A DNA stretch of 64,000 nt from an uncultured Acidobacteriota bacterium (GTDB lineage: Bacteria; Acidobacteriota; Vicinamibacteria; Vicinamibacterales; CAVVIG01), in contig CAVSND010000030.1 of assembly GCA_963729215.1 (NCBI GenBank), positions 74,239-138,238 on the forward strand, in the 5' to 3' direction. The notes beneath the pieces are model-generated. The model worked only from the letters and a program-made list of their open reading frames with translations. It was not told the DNA's origin and searched no databases. A program made the translations under genes and the position numbers. Of the stretch, positions 10,036-18,965 are shown in pieces. Numbering within the stretch: position 1 is the stretch's first letter; every line of letters starts with the position of its first letter.

Positions 10036-11416
10036 GTGCCCCTGCGAGCTGGCCTGATCGTTTTTGTGGCGCTTGCAGGGCTCGCCCTGCCGCTTGCCGC
10101 GCCGGCGGCACCGACCGACGACCCTAACGCACGCATCCTCAGGGTGGAGCGCTGGCTCAAGGCAGTGCTCAGCCATCAGCCCGGCCAGAAGGACGATGCG
10201 GTCAGCGAGGTCGCGGCGTGGTCGAATGCCGATCTCCGCACGCTGGGCTTCGACGAGCGCGTCCTCGTCGAGCTGATGCGGAATCCCGCAGTCAAGCAGC
10301 TGAAAGCTGCGATCCCGACAGGCCGCGGGCGTCCGCTGGCTGACCTATACCTCCTGGCAGCTGCACAGGCTCCGCGTTCTGAGTTGCGCGGGCGGCGGCC
10401 TGGTCTCCTCACGCGACTGCCGGGATCTCAACGCCGGGGACGAAATCGATGCCCGCTTGAGCCGCCTCGCAAATCTGGCGGCGCAGTCGCGAGCCCTCGG
10501 CGACGACAACTACGTCGTCCGGCGCGGTGCGCTGCTTCACGGGGATGTCGCGATGTCCGCGGAAGCGCTGGGATGGGCCGGCGCCGACGCAGGAAGCGGC
10601 GGCCCGCTGCGGGTCGCCGTGGAAGACGGCCGGGAAACCAGCCTGAGGGTGGGCGCGCTCCACTGGGAGTTCGCCCGGGCGCTCTTCGATGCCGTGAAGC
10701 CCGGACCCGACGAGATGGTCCGCCGCTGGTATGTCGCCACCAGCAGCTGGATGCAGGGCCGCGAGCAGCACGATACGGAGCATCTCAAACGCGCGCGGCA
10801 ACTGTTCCCCGACGACGCCGAGATCCTCTTTTGGAGTGGCTGCCAGCAGGAGGTCTACGCGAGCCCGATGATTCAGGCGGTGGCGCGCTCGGCGGTCCTT
10901 CCCACCGGGTATCACGTCGATGTCCCGCCGCAAGGTCCGGCGCTCGCCGATGCCGAGACGTTTTTCCGGCGCGCGCTGAACGTCAACCCAGGATTGGTCG
11001 AGGGCCGCGTGCGTCTGGGGCATGTGCTGCTGGCCCAGGGCAAGGTTCAGGAGGCGGCGGACGAGTTGCGCGAGGCCGCCCCGGCGGCCGACGAGCCGCA
11101 GCTCCGATACTTCGCCGCGTTGTTTCTCGGCACGGCGGAAGAAGAGTTGGGCCATTTCGACGCCGCACGCGACCAGTACAAGCGAGCCGCCGCGCTTTAC
11201 CCGCGTGCCCAGGCCCCCTACCTGGCGCTGAGCGCGCTGATTTCGCGACGGGGCGATCGCGCGGGCGCACGGAATGAGGTGCAGCGTGTCTTCGAGCTCC
11301 CCGCTGCGCCGCCGCGGCGGGACGATCCGTGGTGGGATTACACGATCTTCCAGGCGCGCAACGTCGACGCGCTGTTCAAACGACTGCACGAGTTGTTCCC
11401 GGTGCCCGAGCCATGA
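10036..11416 (+). pseudogene. secreted TPR-containing protein, frame broken near 10327
   Basis: The signal peptide and N-part lie in ORF 10036.. (MPLRAGLIVFVALAGLALPLAAPAAP..VKQLKAAIPTGR). The rest lies in the frame of ORF 10457..11416, which is open back to 10304 (GVRWLTYTSWQLH...TPR-like LGHVLLAQGKVQEAADELREA). The junction is in a GGG run. Confidence 0.65.
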
Positions 11417-12291
11417 GGCTGCGACGAGGCCCTGTAATCCTCGTGGTCGCGACGTACCTGGCGGTATCGGTTGTCGTCGTGCGAACGCAGGACGTGACTT
11501 TCTCGAGCCGCATCGAGGCCGTGCGCGTCGACGTGCTGGTGACCGACAACGGCCAGCCCGTTCGCGGCCTGGGTCCGGCCGATTTCGAGATCAGGGATAA
11601 CGGGGTCGTGCAGCAAGTCGACCTGGTCAGCTTCGATCAGGTGCCGCTGAACGCCATCCTGGCGCTCGATATGAGCGACAGCGTCGCCGGCGAGCGCCTG
11701 GATCGATTGCGCGCCGCGGGCAACGCCGTTCTCACGGGCCTGAAGCCCGCCGATCAGTCGGCGCTCGTCACGTTCAGTCACGTCGTGCAGCTGGGCGCGA
11801 AGCTGACGCACGACGTCGGACTGGTGCGCGCGGCTCTCGTGCGGGCAGCCGGCACGGGCAATACGGCGCTGTTCGACGGCACGTACGCAGGAATCACGGT
11901 CGGCGGAACAGAGGCCGGGCGGGCACTGTTGATTGTGTTCAGCGACGGACTCGACACTTCGAGCTGGCTGACCGCCGACAAGGTGCTCGACGCGGCCCGG
12001 CGATCCGACGTGATCGTCTATGCGGTGTCAGTGCGATCGCCGACTAAACCCGATTTCCTGCGCGACCTGACGTCGCTGACATCCGGGCGGCTCTTCGAGG
12101 TCGAAAAGACCGAAAGCCTCGAGGCCGTCTTCGTGGGCATCCTCGAGGAGTTCCGCCACCGCTACCTGGTGAGCTACACGCCGCGTGGCGTCTCCCCGGA
12201 AGGCTGGCACAAGCTGGACGTTCGCGTGAAGCGAAAGGCGGTCGTCAGGGCGCGGCCGGGCTACCAGTCCGCGCCAGCCGCCGCGAAATGA
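11413..12291 (+). CDS. VWA domain protein (acidobacterial VWFA-related, TIGR03436-like)
   Basis: MRLRRGPVILVVATYL.. TFSSRIEAVRVDVLVTDNGQPVRGLGPADFEIRDNGV.Q.V..F...PL...LALDMSDS. ATG 11413 overlaps the upstream stop (ATGA). Confidence 0.8.
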   Translation: MRLRRGPVILVVATYLAVSVVVVRTQDVTFSSRIEAVRVDVLVTDNGQPVRGLGPADFEIRDNGVVQQVDLVSFDQVPLNAILALDMSDSVAGERLDRLRAAGNAVLTGLKPADQSALVTFSHVVQLGAKLTHDVGLVRAALVRAAGTGNTALFDGTYAGITVGGTEAGRALLIVFSDGLDTSSWLTADKVLDAARRSDVIVYAVSVRSPTKPDFLRDLTSLTSGRLFEVEKTESLEAVFVGILEEFRHRYLVSYTPRGVSPEGWHKLDVRVKRKAVVRARPGYQSAPAAAK

Positions 12292-12297
12292 CGCGCG

Positions 12298-12840
12298 TTA
12301 CTTGATCGTCATCGGCACGGTCGCGGCGTGCTGTTCCCACGCGAGCTTCAGTTCGACCTTGCCCGAGCCCTGGTCGGTCAGTGTGTAGTGCAGCGTCTCG
12401 ACGGGCGCCGGCGGCTTCGACATCGTCATCTTGACGCGGCCGAGGTCCTGCGAAGCCGCGTAGCTCAGGCCCCACTGCCCCGTCTGTTTGTTGATGATCA
12501 GCTGCCAGTTGTCGGGGTCTTTCACCCACACGTAAAGCGTGTAGGTGCCCTTCGGGACCGTGAGGCCGCCCACGTCGAGATCGGCGTCTGTGTGGAACGT
12601 GGTCGCCGAGTTCGCGCCCGCCCGCCACGCCGGGTACGTCGGATCCCTCGACAGGAGGCCGCCGTCGCCGAAGATCTTCCGGCCGCGCACCGACGGCGCG
12701 GAATAACGCACGCTCAGATTCTTCCCCGCCACCGTCACGGTGGCCGTGGCCGGAGGGCTCTGCGCCCAGACGGCAGTGGCGTTGACGACAAACAAGGCGG
12801 CACTGCACGTCAGGAGGAATTTCGACATAAGGGTCCTCAT
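12298..12840 (-). CDS. DUF2911 family protein (secreted)
   Basis: MRTLMSKFLLTCSAALFVVNATAVWA signal; GRKIFGDGGLL..DPTYPAWRAGANSATTFHTDADL..G..VPKGTYTLYV. The longer ORF to 12915 only adds translated REP sequence. Confidence 0.8.
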   Translation of the reverse strand: MRTLMSKFLLTCSAALFVVNATAVWAQSPPATATVTVAGKNLSVRYSAPSVRGRKIFGDGGLLSRDPTYPAWRAGANSATTFHTDADLDVGGLTVPKGTYTLYVWVKDPDNWQLIINKQTGQWGLSYAASQDLGRVKMTMSKPPAPVETLHYTLTDQGSGKVELKLAWEQHAATVPMTIK

Positions 12841-12850
12841 CGCACTGGGT

Positions 12851-12903
12851 GTAGCGTCCGCCTTCAGGCGGACGGCGAACGGCCGGCTGAAGCCGGCCGC
12901 TAC
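12851..12903. repeat. REP-like double-hairpin element (consensus-like copy)
   Basis: GTAGCGTCCGCCTTCAGGCGGACG-GCGAAC-GGCCGGCTGAAGCCGGCCGCTAC. Confidence 0.9.
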
Positions 12904-12921
12904 ATGGTTCGGCAAATCGTT

Positions 12922-14100
12922 CTAATACTCATCAGCGAGCGCAAAACGCGGGTCCGCGGCGAGGCACGGCGCCTCTGGCAGCCCGATTTCCTTTCGAACG
13001 ATATTGGTGCCGCGCACGATCGCGACCATCTTGTAGAACGCGATGCGCCGCGACATGCCTTCCCGCCCGAATCCGCAGTCGCTCGTCACGACCAGGCGCT
13101 CGACCGGGATGTACTGCAGCGCCTTGCGAATGACGGCCGCGACCTGATCGGGCGTCTCCACCTGGAGGTTCCGGTGATCGACGACGCCGATCGCGATTTT
13201 CTTCCCGGTGATCGTCCTGCCGATGGCCTCGAGATCCAGGCCGTCGTTGGCGCACGTCTCGAACGTCATCACGTCGACGTCGAGCTTGTCGAGCAGCGGC
13301 AGGGCGCTCGCATAAGACTGATTCGTCGCGTAGAGGCGCTGCTGCGCGGGATTGCCCCAGCACGTGTGACACCAGACCTCCGTGGTGTCGCGCAGGCCTT
13401 TCACGGTGCGGTTGAACGTGTCGACGAAGAACTCGGGGCCGAGCAGCGGCGCGCCGCCGCCGCGCTGGATTCCGGCAAGGTGAATGTTTGGCTCTTCCAT
13501 CTGGATGATGGCGCACCCCGCATTCGCCAGATCCCCCAGTTCGGCACGCATGGCATCGGCGAGCGCAAACAGCAGATCCTCCTGGCTCGCGTAGTGATCG
13601 TTGCCGATCGACGTGCCAATGAGGTCCGGCACGATCGTCCCGAACTTGACCGGCCTCGACGTGAGCCCCTGCGCCACCTTCCACAGATAGGTGTAGTGCA
13701 GCGAGCCGCGTTCGACCGGTCCGACGCAACGCGGCATCACGCGGCTTTCCATCACTTCGAAGATAATGTCCCCCTTGCGCGTGCCGCCGTAGCCCTTCCT
13801 GGTGCGGTGGTAATCGCCGCCGCCGAGGCCCTTGAACCGGCGCGCCGGGTACTGGAACCAGCTCATGCCGCCGACGTCGGAGTCGAAGCGCGCGTCGCCG
13901 TCAGTGACGATATCGAGGCCGGCTCGTTCCTGGTCGCGGATGAACGTGCCAACGGCGTCGGTGTACTGCTCGCGGAAACGTGCGTCGGCGATGGCGTCGC
14001 GGAATGAACGTTGACCGAGGTTCTCGACGTACCACGCGGGCCGCGGAAGCGAGCCGGTGATCGTCGTCGGCAGGGTCATCGAGTCGGTTGTCTTGGGCAT
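12922..14100 (-). CDS. cobalamin-independent methionine synthase (MetE C-terminal/UROD-like) family protein
   Basis: LPTTITGSLPRPAWY.., GLDIVTDGD.R.D, IQMEEP.., TSDCGFG.. are motifs of the MetE-like family. The ORF is intact at 392 aa. Confidence 0.7.
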   Translation of the reverse strand: MPKTTDSMTLPTTITGSLPRPAWYVENLGQRSFRDAIADARFREQYTDAVGTFIRDQERAGLDIVTDGDARFDSDVGGMSWFQYPARRFKGLGGGDYHRTRKGYGGTRKGDIIFEVMESRVMPRCVGPVERGSLHYTYLWKVAQGLTSRPVKFGTIVPDLIGTSIGNDHYASQEDLLFALADAMRAELGDLANAGCAIIQMEEPNIHLAGIQRGGGAPLLGPEFFVDTFNRTVKGLRDTTEVWCHTCWGNPAQQRLYATNQSYASALPLLDKLDVDVMTFETCANDGLDLEAIGRTITGKKIAIGVVDHRNLQVETPDQVAAVIRKALQYIPVERLVVTSDCGFGREGMSRRIAFYKMVAIVRGTNIVRKEIGLPEAPCLAADPRFALADEY

Positions 14101-14216
14101 CGGTCTTCGTATTCGCGTTGAGGGCCACGCACGTGGGATCTTTGACGCGTCCGGGCTGGCCGGGGGTTCTCGTTAAGGTCGGTGACAGTTTAACTCTGCA
14201 GGAGAATTTCAGACAT

Positions 14217-15098
14217 ATGGCGAATCTCGGCTACGTGGGTCTTGGCGCGATGGGCAGTCAGATGGCGGACCGCCTGATGGGAAAAGGCCACACGGTCACT
14301 GGCTACAATCGCACGAAATCGAAAGCGGACTGGCTGATCAAGAAAGGCATGGCGTTCGCTGAAACGCCGAAGGCCGTGTGTCAGGCCGCCGACTACGTGT
14401 TCGTGATGGTGACCAACTCGGCATCGCTCGAGGCGGTGGCGAACGGGCCCGACGGCCTCCTCGCCGGCCTCGCGCCGGGCAAGGTCATCATCGACATGAG
14501 CACGGTCAGCCCCGCCGTGAGCAAGGCGCTGGCGGCGAAGGTCCGGGAGAAGGGCGCCGATATGGTCGATGCGCCCGTGTCGGGCAGCATCGTGACTCTC
14601 CAGCAGGGCAAACTCTCGGTGATGGTCGGCGGCAGCAAATCCACCTTCGACAAGATCAAACCGATCCTGGACGACGTCGGCCCCAAGGTGACCCACGTCG
14701 GCGACAACGGCCTCGCGCTGGTGATGAAGATCGCGAGCAACCTGAGCCTCGCCGTCCAGATGCTCGCGTTTTCAGAAGGCGTGCTGCTCGCCGAAAAGAG
14801 CGGGATCTCGCGCGCGACCGCCGTCGACGTGCTGACGCACAGCGCGATCGCCTCGCCGATGGTCGTCTATCGTGGACCGTTCGTGCTGCAGATGCCGGAA
14901 GAAGCCTGGTTCAACGTGAACATGATGCAGAAGGACATGATGCTCGCATTGGACCTGGGCCGTCAGATGGACGTCCCGCTGCCGACAACCGCCGTGACCA
15001 ACGAATACCTGACGGCCGCCCGCGCGATGGGGCTGGTGGAAGAGGACTTCGCGACCATCTTCAAGGTCCTCGCGCACATGTCCGGCGTGAAGCCATAG
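14217..15098 (+). CDS. NAD(P)-dependent oxidoreductase, 3-hydroxyisobutyrate/6-phosphogluconate dehydrogenase-like
   Basis: MANLGYVGLGAMGSQMADRLMGKGHTVTGYNRT is a Rossmann motif, followed by DAPVSGS. AGGAG lies 12 nt upstream of ATG 14217. The longer ORF from 14088 is unlikely. Confidence 0.8.
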   Translation: MANLGYVGLGAMGSQMADRLMGKGHTVTGYNRTKSKADWLIKKGMAFAETPKAVCQAADYVFVMVTNSASLEAVANGPDGLLAGLAPGKVIIDMSTVSPAVSKALAAKVREKGADMVDAPVSGSIVTLQQGKLSVMVGGSKSTFDKIKPILDDVGPKVTHVGDNGLALVMKIASNLSLAVQMLAFSEGVLLAEKSGISRATAVDVLTHSAIASPMVVYRGPFVLQMPEEAWFNVNMMQKDMMLALDLGRQMDVPLPTTAVTNEYLTAARAMGLVEEDFATIFKVLAHMSGVKP

Positions 15099-15111
15099 CC
15101 CGCCGCGTCGG

Positions 15112-15137
15112 GGCGTCCGGCTGAAGCCGGCCGCTAC
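15112..15137. repeat. half REP-like element (single hairpin)
   Basis: GGCGTCCGGCTGAAGCCGGCCGCTAC. Its terminal CTAC supplies the TAG stop of the minus-strand gene ending at 15134. Confidence 0.7.
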
Positions 15138-16330
15138 GGGACGGCCGCCCGCGCGGTCTTGACGCGAGACGACTCCTGCTCGCTTTCGGTCCAGGCGAGC
15201 ACCACCTCGTCGCGGGCCAGCGCCATCCGCGGATATCGGGTTCCGGACTGATTCGCCACGACGACGGCCGGCGAGCGCGTGCCGTTCGCCTCGACGTGCC
15301 GGATGGAGAACTGCGGCGTCTGCCCGGCGGACTCCACCCAGCCGACGATTGCCGAGCCGTCTTTCTTCAGCGCCACGACCACGCGCCCGAGCGACTCCAC
15401 ATCGTCGGCGCGGACGGGCGCGCCGAAGGTCTTGCCGCCGTCGTGCGAGAACGCGAGATACGAGCGGTTGACGTCCTTCGGCGCCGTGAACCACGCGACG
15501 ACGACGTCGCGGCCGCGGGCCGCGACCGACGGTCCATTCACCGGGCAACCCTCGATCTTGAAATTGTCGCGATGCACGGGAATGGGCATCGTCCAGCGGC
15601 CCGCCGAGAGGCGCGTCACGTAGATGTCGCGAATCTCGCCGGGGCTGCGGTTCCTGAACGCCGCGATCGGGCCATCGGCGGTCAGCGCCACGCTGGTCGG
15701 ACAGCATTCGCAGACGCGCGAGTCGATGAGCGTGTCCGACAGCGGCTTGTGGCTCTTGTCGAAAATCGCCGCGCGCAGCTGCATGTCGCCTTCGTCACCA
15801 TGTGTGGCACGGCCGTCCAGCCAGACCAGTCCCGTTCCCCCATCCGGCATCGGAAATATCGACCCGAACCCGTGCTGCGAAATCGTCTTGTCGCGGTTTG
15901 GCGCCACAGGCGCCGACCAGCTCCTTCCGTCGGTTGACCATGCAATTCGCAGGTCGTAGGCCTCGGGATCGGGGCCGTTTTCCTCCATCCAGTGGGCGGC
16001 CAGCGTGCCATCGGGCAACGGCCGCACCGACGGGACGTCCGCCGAATTGACCATCAGGTGTTCGCTCGACACCACCACGCGCGAATCCGACCAGCCGCCG
16101 GCGGTCCGCTCCGCAAATTTCAGAGCGGCCTGCTTCCCCGACCGTTCGATCCAGCTCAGGATGGCGCGGTCGCCCTCAACGGTCAGTTGGGGCGCGGAGC
16201 TGTTGGCGCCGGCAGGAGAGGTCAGCGGCTCGATGGTCAGAGAGCGTCCGTCGGCGGCGTGTGGAACGCGCGCCATCAGGCAGAGCGACAAAGTGAGGGC
16301 GATTGGGACAAATACCCGCGCTTTCCACAT
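15134..16330 (-). CDS. sialidase/BNR-like beta-propeller protein (secreted)
   Basis: Signal MWKARVFVPIALTLSLCLMA. Repeated S.DGG.TW/S.DG..W-like blades (AWSTDGRSWS, FSHDGGKTFG). Confidence 0.6.
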   Translation of the reverse strand: MWKARVFVPIALTLSLCLMARVPHAADGRSLTIEPLTSPAGANSSAPQLTVEGDRAILSWIERSGKQAALKFAERTAGGWSDSRVVVSSEHLMVNSADVPSVRPLPDGTLAAHWMEENGPDPEAYDLRIAWSTDGRSWSAPVAPNRDKTISQHGFGSIFPMPDGGTGLVWLDGRATHGDEGDMQLRAAIFDKSHKPLSDTLIDSRVCECCPTSVALTADGPIAAFRNRSPGEIRDIYVTRLSAGRWTMPIPVHRDNFKIEGCPVNGPSVAARGRDVVVAWFTAPKDVNRSYLAFSHDGGKTFGAPVRADDVESLGRVVVALKKDGSAIVGWVESAGQTPQFSIRHVEANGTRSPAVVVANQSGTRYPRMALARDEVVLAWTESEQESSRVKTARAAVP

Positions 16331-16408
16331 GTTCTCTCTCCATGTCGTGAGGCCTTCGCCTTCGCTGAGCGGCTGAAGGTCCGCACTACTCTCGACATAC
16401 TACGATTC

Positions 16409-16843
16409 TTACGTACGGTCCAGATCGGGCAGCCAGTTCGTAATGGCCTTCTTGATTTGATCGGCCGTCAGATGCTCCCGATCGGCGCGTTCGACGAGCG
16501 TTCCGAGCTCGGCATCCGAAGCAAATCGCAGCGACACGATCTGCGGTTTCGTGAGGCGGGCCACGACGGCCTGCTGTGCCGGCGTCAGCAGCGACGCGCA
16601 TCGTACCCGCATCTCGAGCTTGATGATCCGGTCCTGCAGGGCGGTCGTGTACGTACGGCTGATGAGAAGCAGCGTGAGAATCGCGCCGGCGAGCCCGAAC
16701 AGGCCGACGCCCATTGTGAGGTGGCCGCCGATACCGGCGCCGCGGATGACGAAACCAACGATTCCGATGATGAGAAATGCAAACCCGATCCCGGTCATCC
16801 TCGGCTGATGCCGGTGGGTGGCGTACGTTTGAGTGGCCATCAA
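16409..16843 (-). CDS. small membrane protein (DUF6526-like)
   Basis: Two TM helices (GIGFAFLIIGIVGFVI, GVGLFGLAGAILTLLLI) followed by a soluble tail. The family assignment is from memory only. Confidence 0.5.
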   Translation of the reverse strand: MMATQTYATHRHQPRMTGIGFAFLIIGIVGFVIRGAGIGGHLTMGVGLFGLAGAILTLLLISRTYTTALQDRIIKLEMRVRCASLLTPAQQAVVARLTKPQIVSLRFASDAELGTLVERADREHLTADQIKKAITNWLPDLDRT

Positions 16844-16894
16844 TCGAGTATGCCATGGGGACGACGTCCGGGCCGTTCCGCGCTTATGGCCTTT

Positions 16895-17824
16895 TCACAC
16901 CGAACGGCGGAGCCGTGCCAGCAGGTCGTTCATATCGGCGGGAATCGGCGCCTCGAAGCGAAGCACCTCACCGGTGGCCGGGTGCTCGAACACCAGGCGA
17001 TGCGCATGAAGCGCCTGCCGCTCGAACTGAATCGGCCGCAGTTCGTCCGGGCCATAGACGTACCGCCGCTCGCCGACGAGCGTGTGCCCGCGCAGCCGGG
17101 CCTGAATCCTGATCTGGTTGCGCTTCCCTGTTTCAAGGCGGACTTCGACCAGCGACGAGATACGAAACCGCTCGAGCACCTTGTAGTGACTTACGGCGTC
17201 CATGCCCTTGGGATCCCGGGGATGCGTTTCCTTCTGAATCAGGACTCTCTCGTCCCACACGAGCCGGTCGCGCCACGTGCCGTCGGGTGGTTCGGGATGA
17301 CCGTACACGACGGCCCAGTACACGCGCTCGACCGTGTGGCGCTTGAACTGCAGCCTCAGGCGATTCTGCGCGGCCGGGTCCCTGGCGAACACGACGAGGC
17401 CGGACGTGTCGCGATCGATGCGGTGGACCACCAGCGGCCGGCGCTTGCCGTGCGGCCGCAGATACGCCATCACCTGGTCGAAGATTGACGGTGCGCCGCC
17501 TCGCCGTTCGAGGGGAACGGCCAGCAGGCCCGCAGGCTTGTCGAGCACGATCAGCGAGTCGTCTTCGAAGACGATGCGGAGGTCGCCGGCGCGCCGGGCG
17601 ACGCGGCCGCGCGCGCTGCCCGGGCGGTCGATCCAGACGCGCACATGGTCGCCGGCCGCAAGCCGCCGGGCCGCGGCATCCTTCGGCGCCTCCACCGTGT
17701 TGACGAACACCTTGCCGCGATCCAGGGCCACCGACGCGCGGCGGCGAGACCCCAGTCGTCCGGTCTCGGCAAGGAACTTGTCGAGCCGCAGGCCCTGCTC
17801 ATCGGTACTGACGATCCATTCCAT
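16895..17824 (-). CDS. RluA-family 23S rRNA pseudouridine synthase (S4 domain + catalytic domain)
   Basis: LRLDKFLA (S4 domain) and the HRIDRDTSGLVVFA catalytic motif. Confidence 0.85.
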   Translation of the reverse strand: MEWIVSTDEQGLRLDKFLAETGRLGSRRRASVALDRGKVFVNTVEAPKDAAARRLAAGDHVRVWIDRPGSARGRVARRAGDLRIVFEDDSLIVLDKPAGLLAVPLERRGGAPSIFDQVMAYLRPHGKRRPLVVHRIDRDTSGLVVFARDPAAQNRLRLQFKRHTVERVYWAVVYGHPEPPDGTWRDRLVWDERVLIQKETHPRDPKGMDAVSHYKVLERFRISSLVEVRLETGKRNQIRIQARLRGHTLVGERRYVYGPDELRPIQFERQALHAHRLVFEHPATGEVLRFEAPIPADMNDLLARLRRSV

Positions 17825-17825
17825 C

Positions 17826-17834
17826 TGTTAGAAT
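17826..17834 (+). promoter_or_regulatory. extended -10-like box TGTTAGAAT, 9 nt upstream of GTG 17844
   Basis: TGnTAGAAT lies directly before the start codon with no SD, which suggests a very short leader. Confidence 0.4.
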
Positions 17835-17843
17835 TCCGCGCGG

Positions 17844-18965
17844 GTGCTCATCCTCAAACGCGTCGCGGCGATCGTCGTGCTCGCCGTCGGCTTTCCCTAC
17901 GTGCTCTCGCCAGTTTACCGGTTTCCGCCACCACGCACGTTCAGCGGTCCCGCGCTCTGGAATCCGTACGCCCACCTGACCGGGTCGTGGCAGCGCGCGA
18001 ACCTGCACGCGCACGGGCACGCGTGGAGCGGCCTCACCAACGGCACACACACCGACGACGAGGTCGTGCAGGCGTACCGCGAGCGCGGCTACTCCGTCGC
18101 GGGCGTGTCGGACTACCAGTGGATCGCCGCCCAGCACGGCGTCCCGACGATGCCGCTATATGAGCATGGCTTCAACATCAGCAAGGAGCACCAGCTCGCC
18201 ATCGGCGCCGAGCGGGTCGAGTGGCTCGACTTCCTGTTGTGGACATGGATCAATCAGAAGCAGTTCATCCTGAACTGCGTGGCGGGGACGACGGCCCTCG
18301 TGGCCATCAACCATCCGGGCACCGCCTACAGCGAAGGCGATTTCCGCAAGTTGACGGGCTATCACCTGATGGAGGTCATCAACGGACCATTCGGGTTCGA
18401 GGACCTCTGGGACGCGGCGCTGTCGAGCGGCCATCCGGTGTGGGCCCTCGCCAACGACGACATCCACGATCTGACAAACGTCCGGCGCCTCGCCATCGCC
18501 TGGAACATGATCGACGCGCCGTCGGCCAGCGTGCCGGACGTCATCGCCGCGCTGCGCGCCGGCCGCGCGTATGCCGTCTCGCTCGTTGGTGAGAAGGCCG
18601 ATGCCGCCCTCGCCAGCGTCAAGGTACAGGATTCGAAGCTCACCGTGGCGTCCTCAGGCGTGCCGGCGACGTACGTCTTCATCGGGCAGAATGGTTCGGT
18701 GCGGCAGTCGTTCGATCAGGTCATGCAGGCGACCTACGAAATCGGCAAGGACGACACATACGTCCGAACGGTCATTCGGACTCCCAACATGGTGATGTAT
18801 CTGAACCCGGTTCTGCGGTACGACGGCGTCGCGCTGCCGGCGCCGCTGGCAGTCGTCAACGAGCCGCTCACATGGCTGTCCCGGGCGTTCGCCGGCGCGG
18901 TGTGCATCATCATTCCGCTGCTGTTGTGGCGCCGGGGCGCGGCGCGCGGATCGGAGCGGGCGTGA
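17844..18965 (+). CDS. membrane-anchored PHP-like metal-dependent phosphoesterase family protein
   Basis: N- and C-terminal TM segments. ANLHAHGHAWSG..., INHPG and NDDIHD are His/Asp clusters reminiscent of the PHP fold. Confidence 0.45.
   Translation: MLILKRVAAIVVLAVGFPYVLSPVYRFPPPRTFSGPALWNPYAHLTGSWQRANLHAHGHAWSGLTNGTHTDDEVVQAYRERGYSVAGVSDYQWIAAQHGVPTMPLYEHGFNISKEHQLAIGAERVEWLDFLLWTWINQKQFILNCVAGTTALVAINHPGTAYSEGDFRKLTGYHLMEVINGPFGFEDLWDAALSSGHPVWALANDDIHDLTNVRRLAIAWNMIDAPSASVPDVIAALRAGRAYAVSLVGEKADAALASVKVQDSKLTVASSGVPATYVFIGQNGSVRQSFDQVMQATYEIGKDDTYVRTVIRTPNMVMYLNPVLRYDGVALPAPLAVVNEPLTWLSRAFAGAVCIIIPLLLWRRGAARGSERA

Noticed and set aside
12841-12915. N-terminal extension of the DUF2911 gene (MPNHVAAGFSRPFAVRLKADATPSA).
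   Set aside because: The extension is simply the translated REP element. A proper signal peptide starts at ATG 12840.
14202-14207. GAGAAT 9 nt upstream of ATG 14217 as another leaderless -10 box.
   Set aside because: The same bases form AGGAG at canonical SD distance (12 nt), so an ordinary RBS is the simpler reading.
16348-16388. Additional REP copy (..GAGCGGCTGAAGGTCCGCACTAC).
   Set aside because: Only the loop and terminus resemble the consensus and the stems no longer pair (4 bp). At best it is a decayed relic, so it is not listed as a feature.
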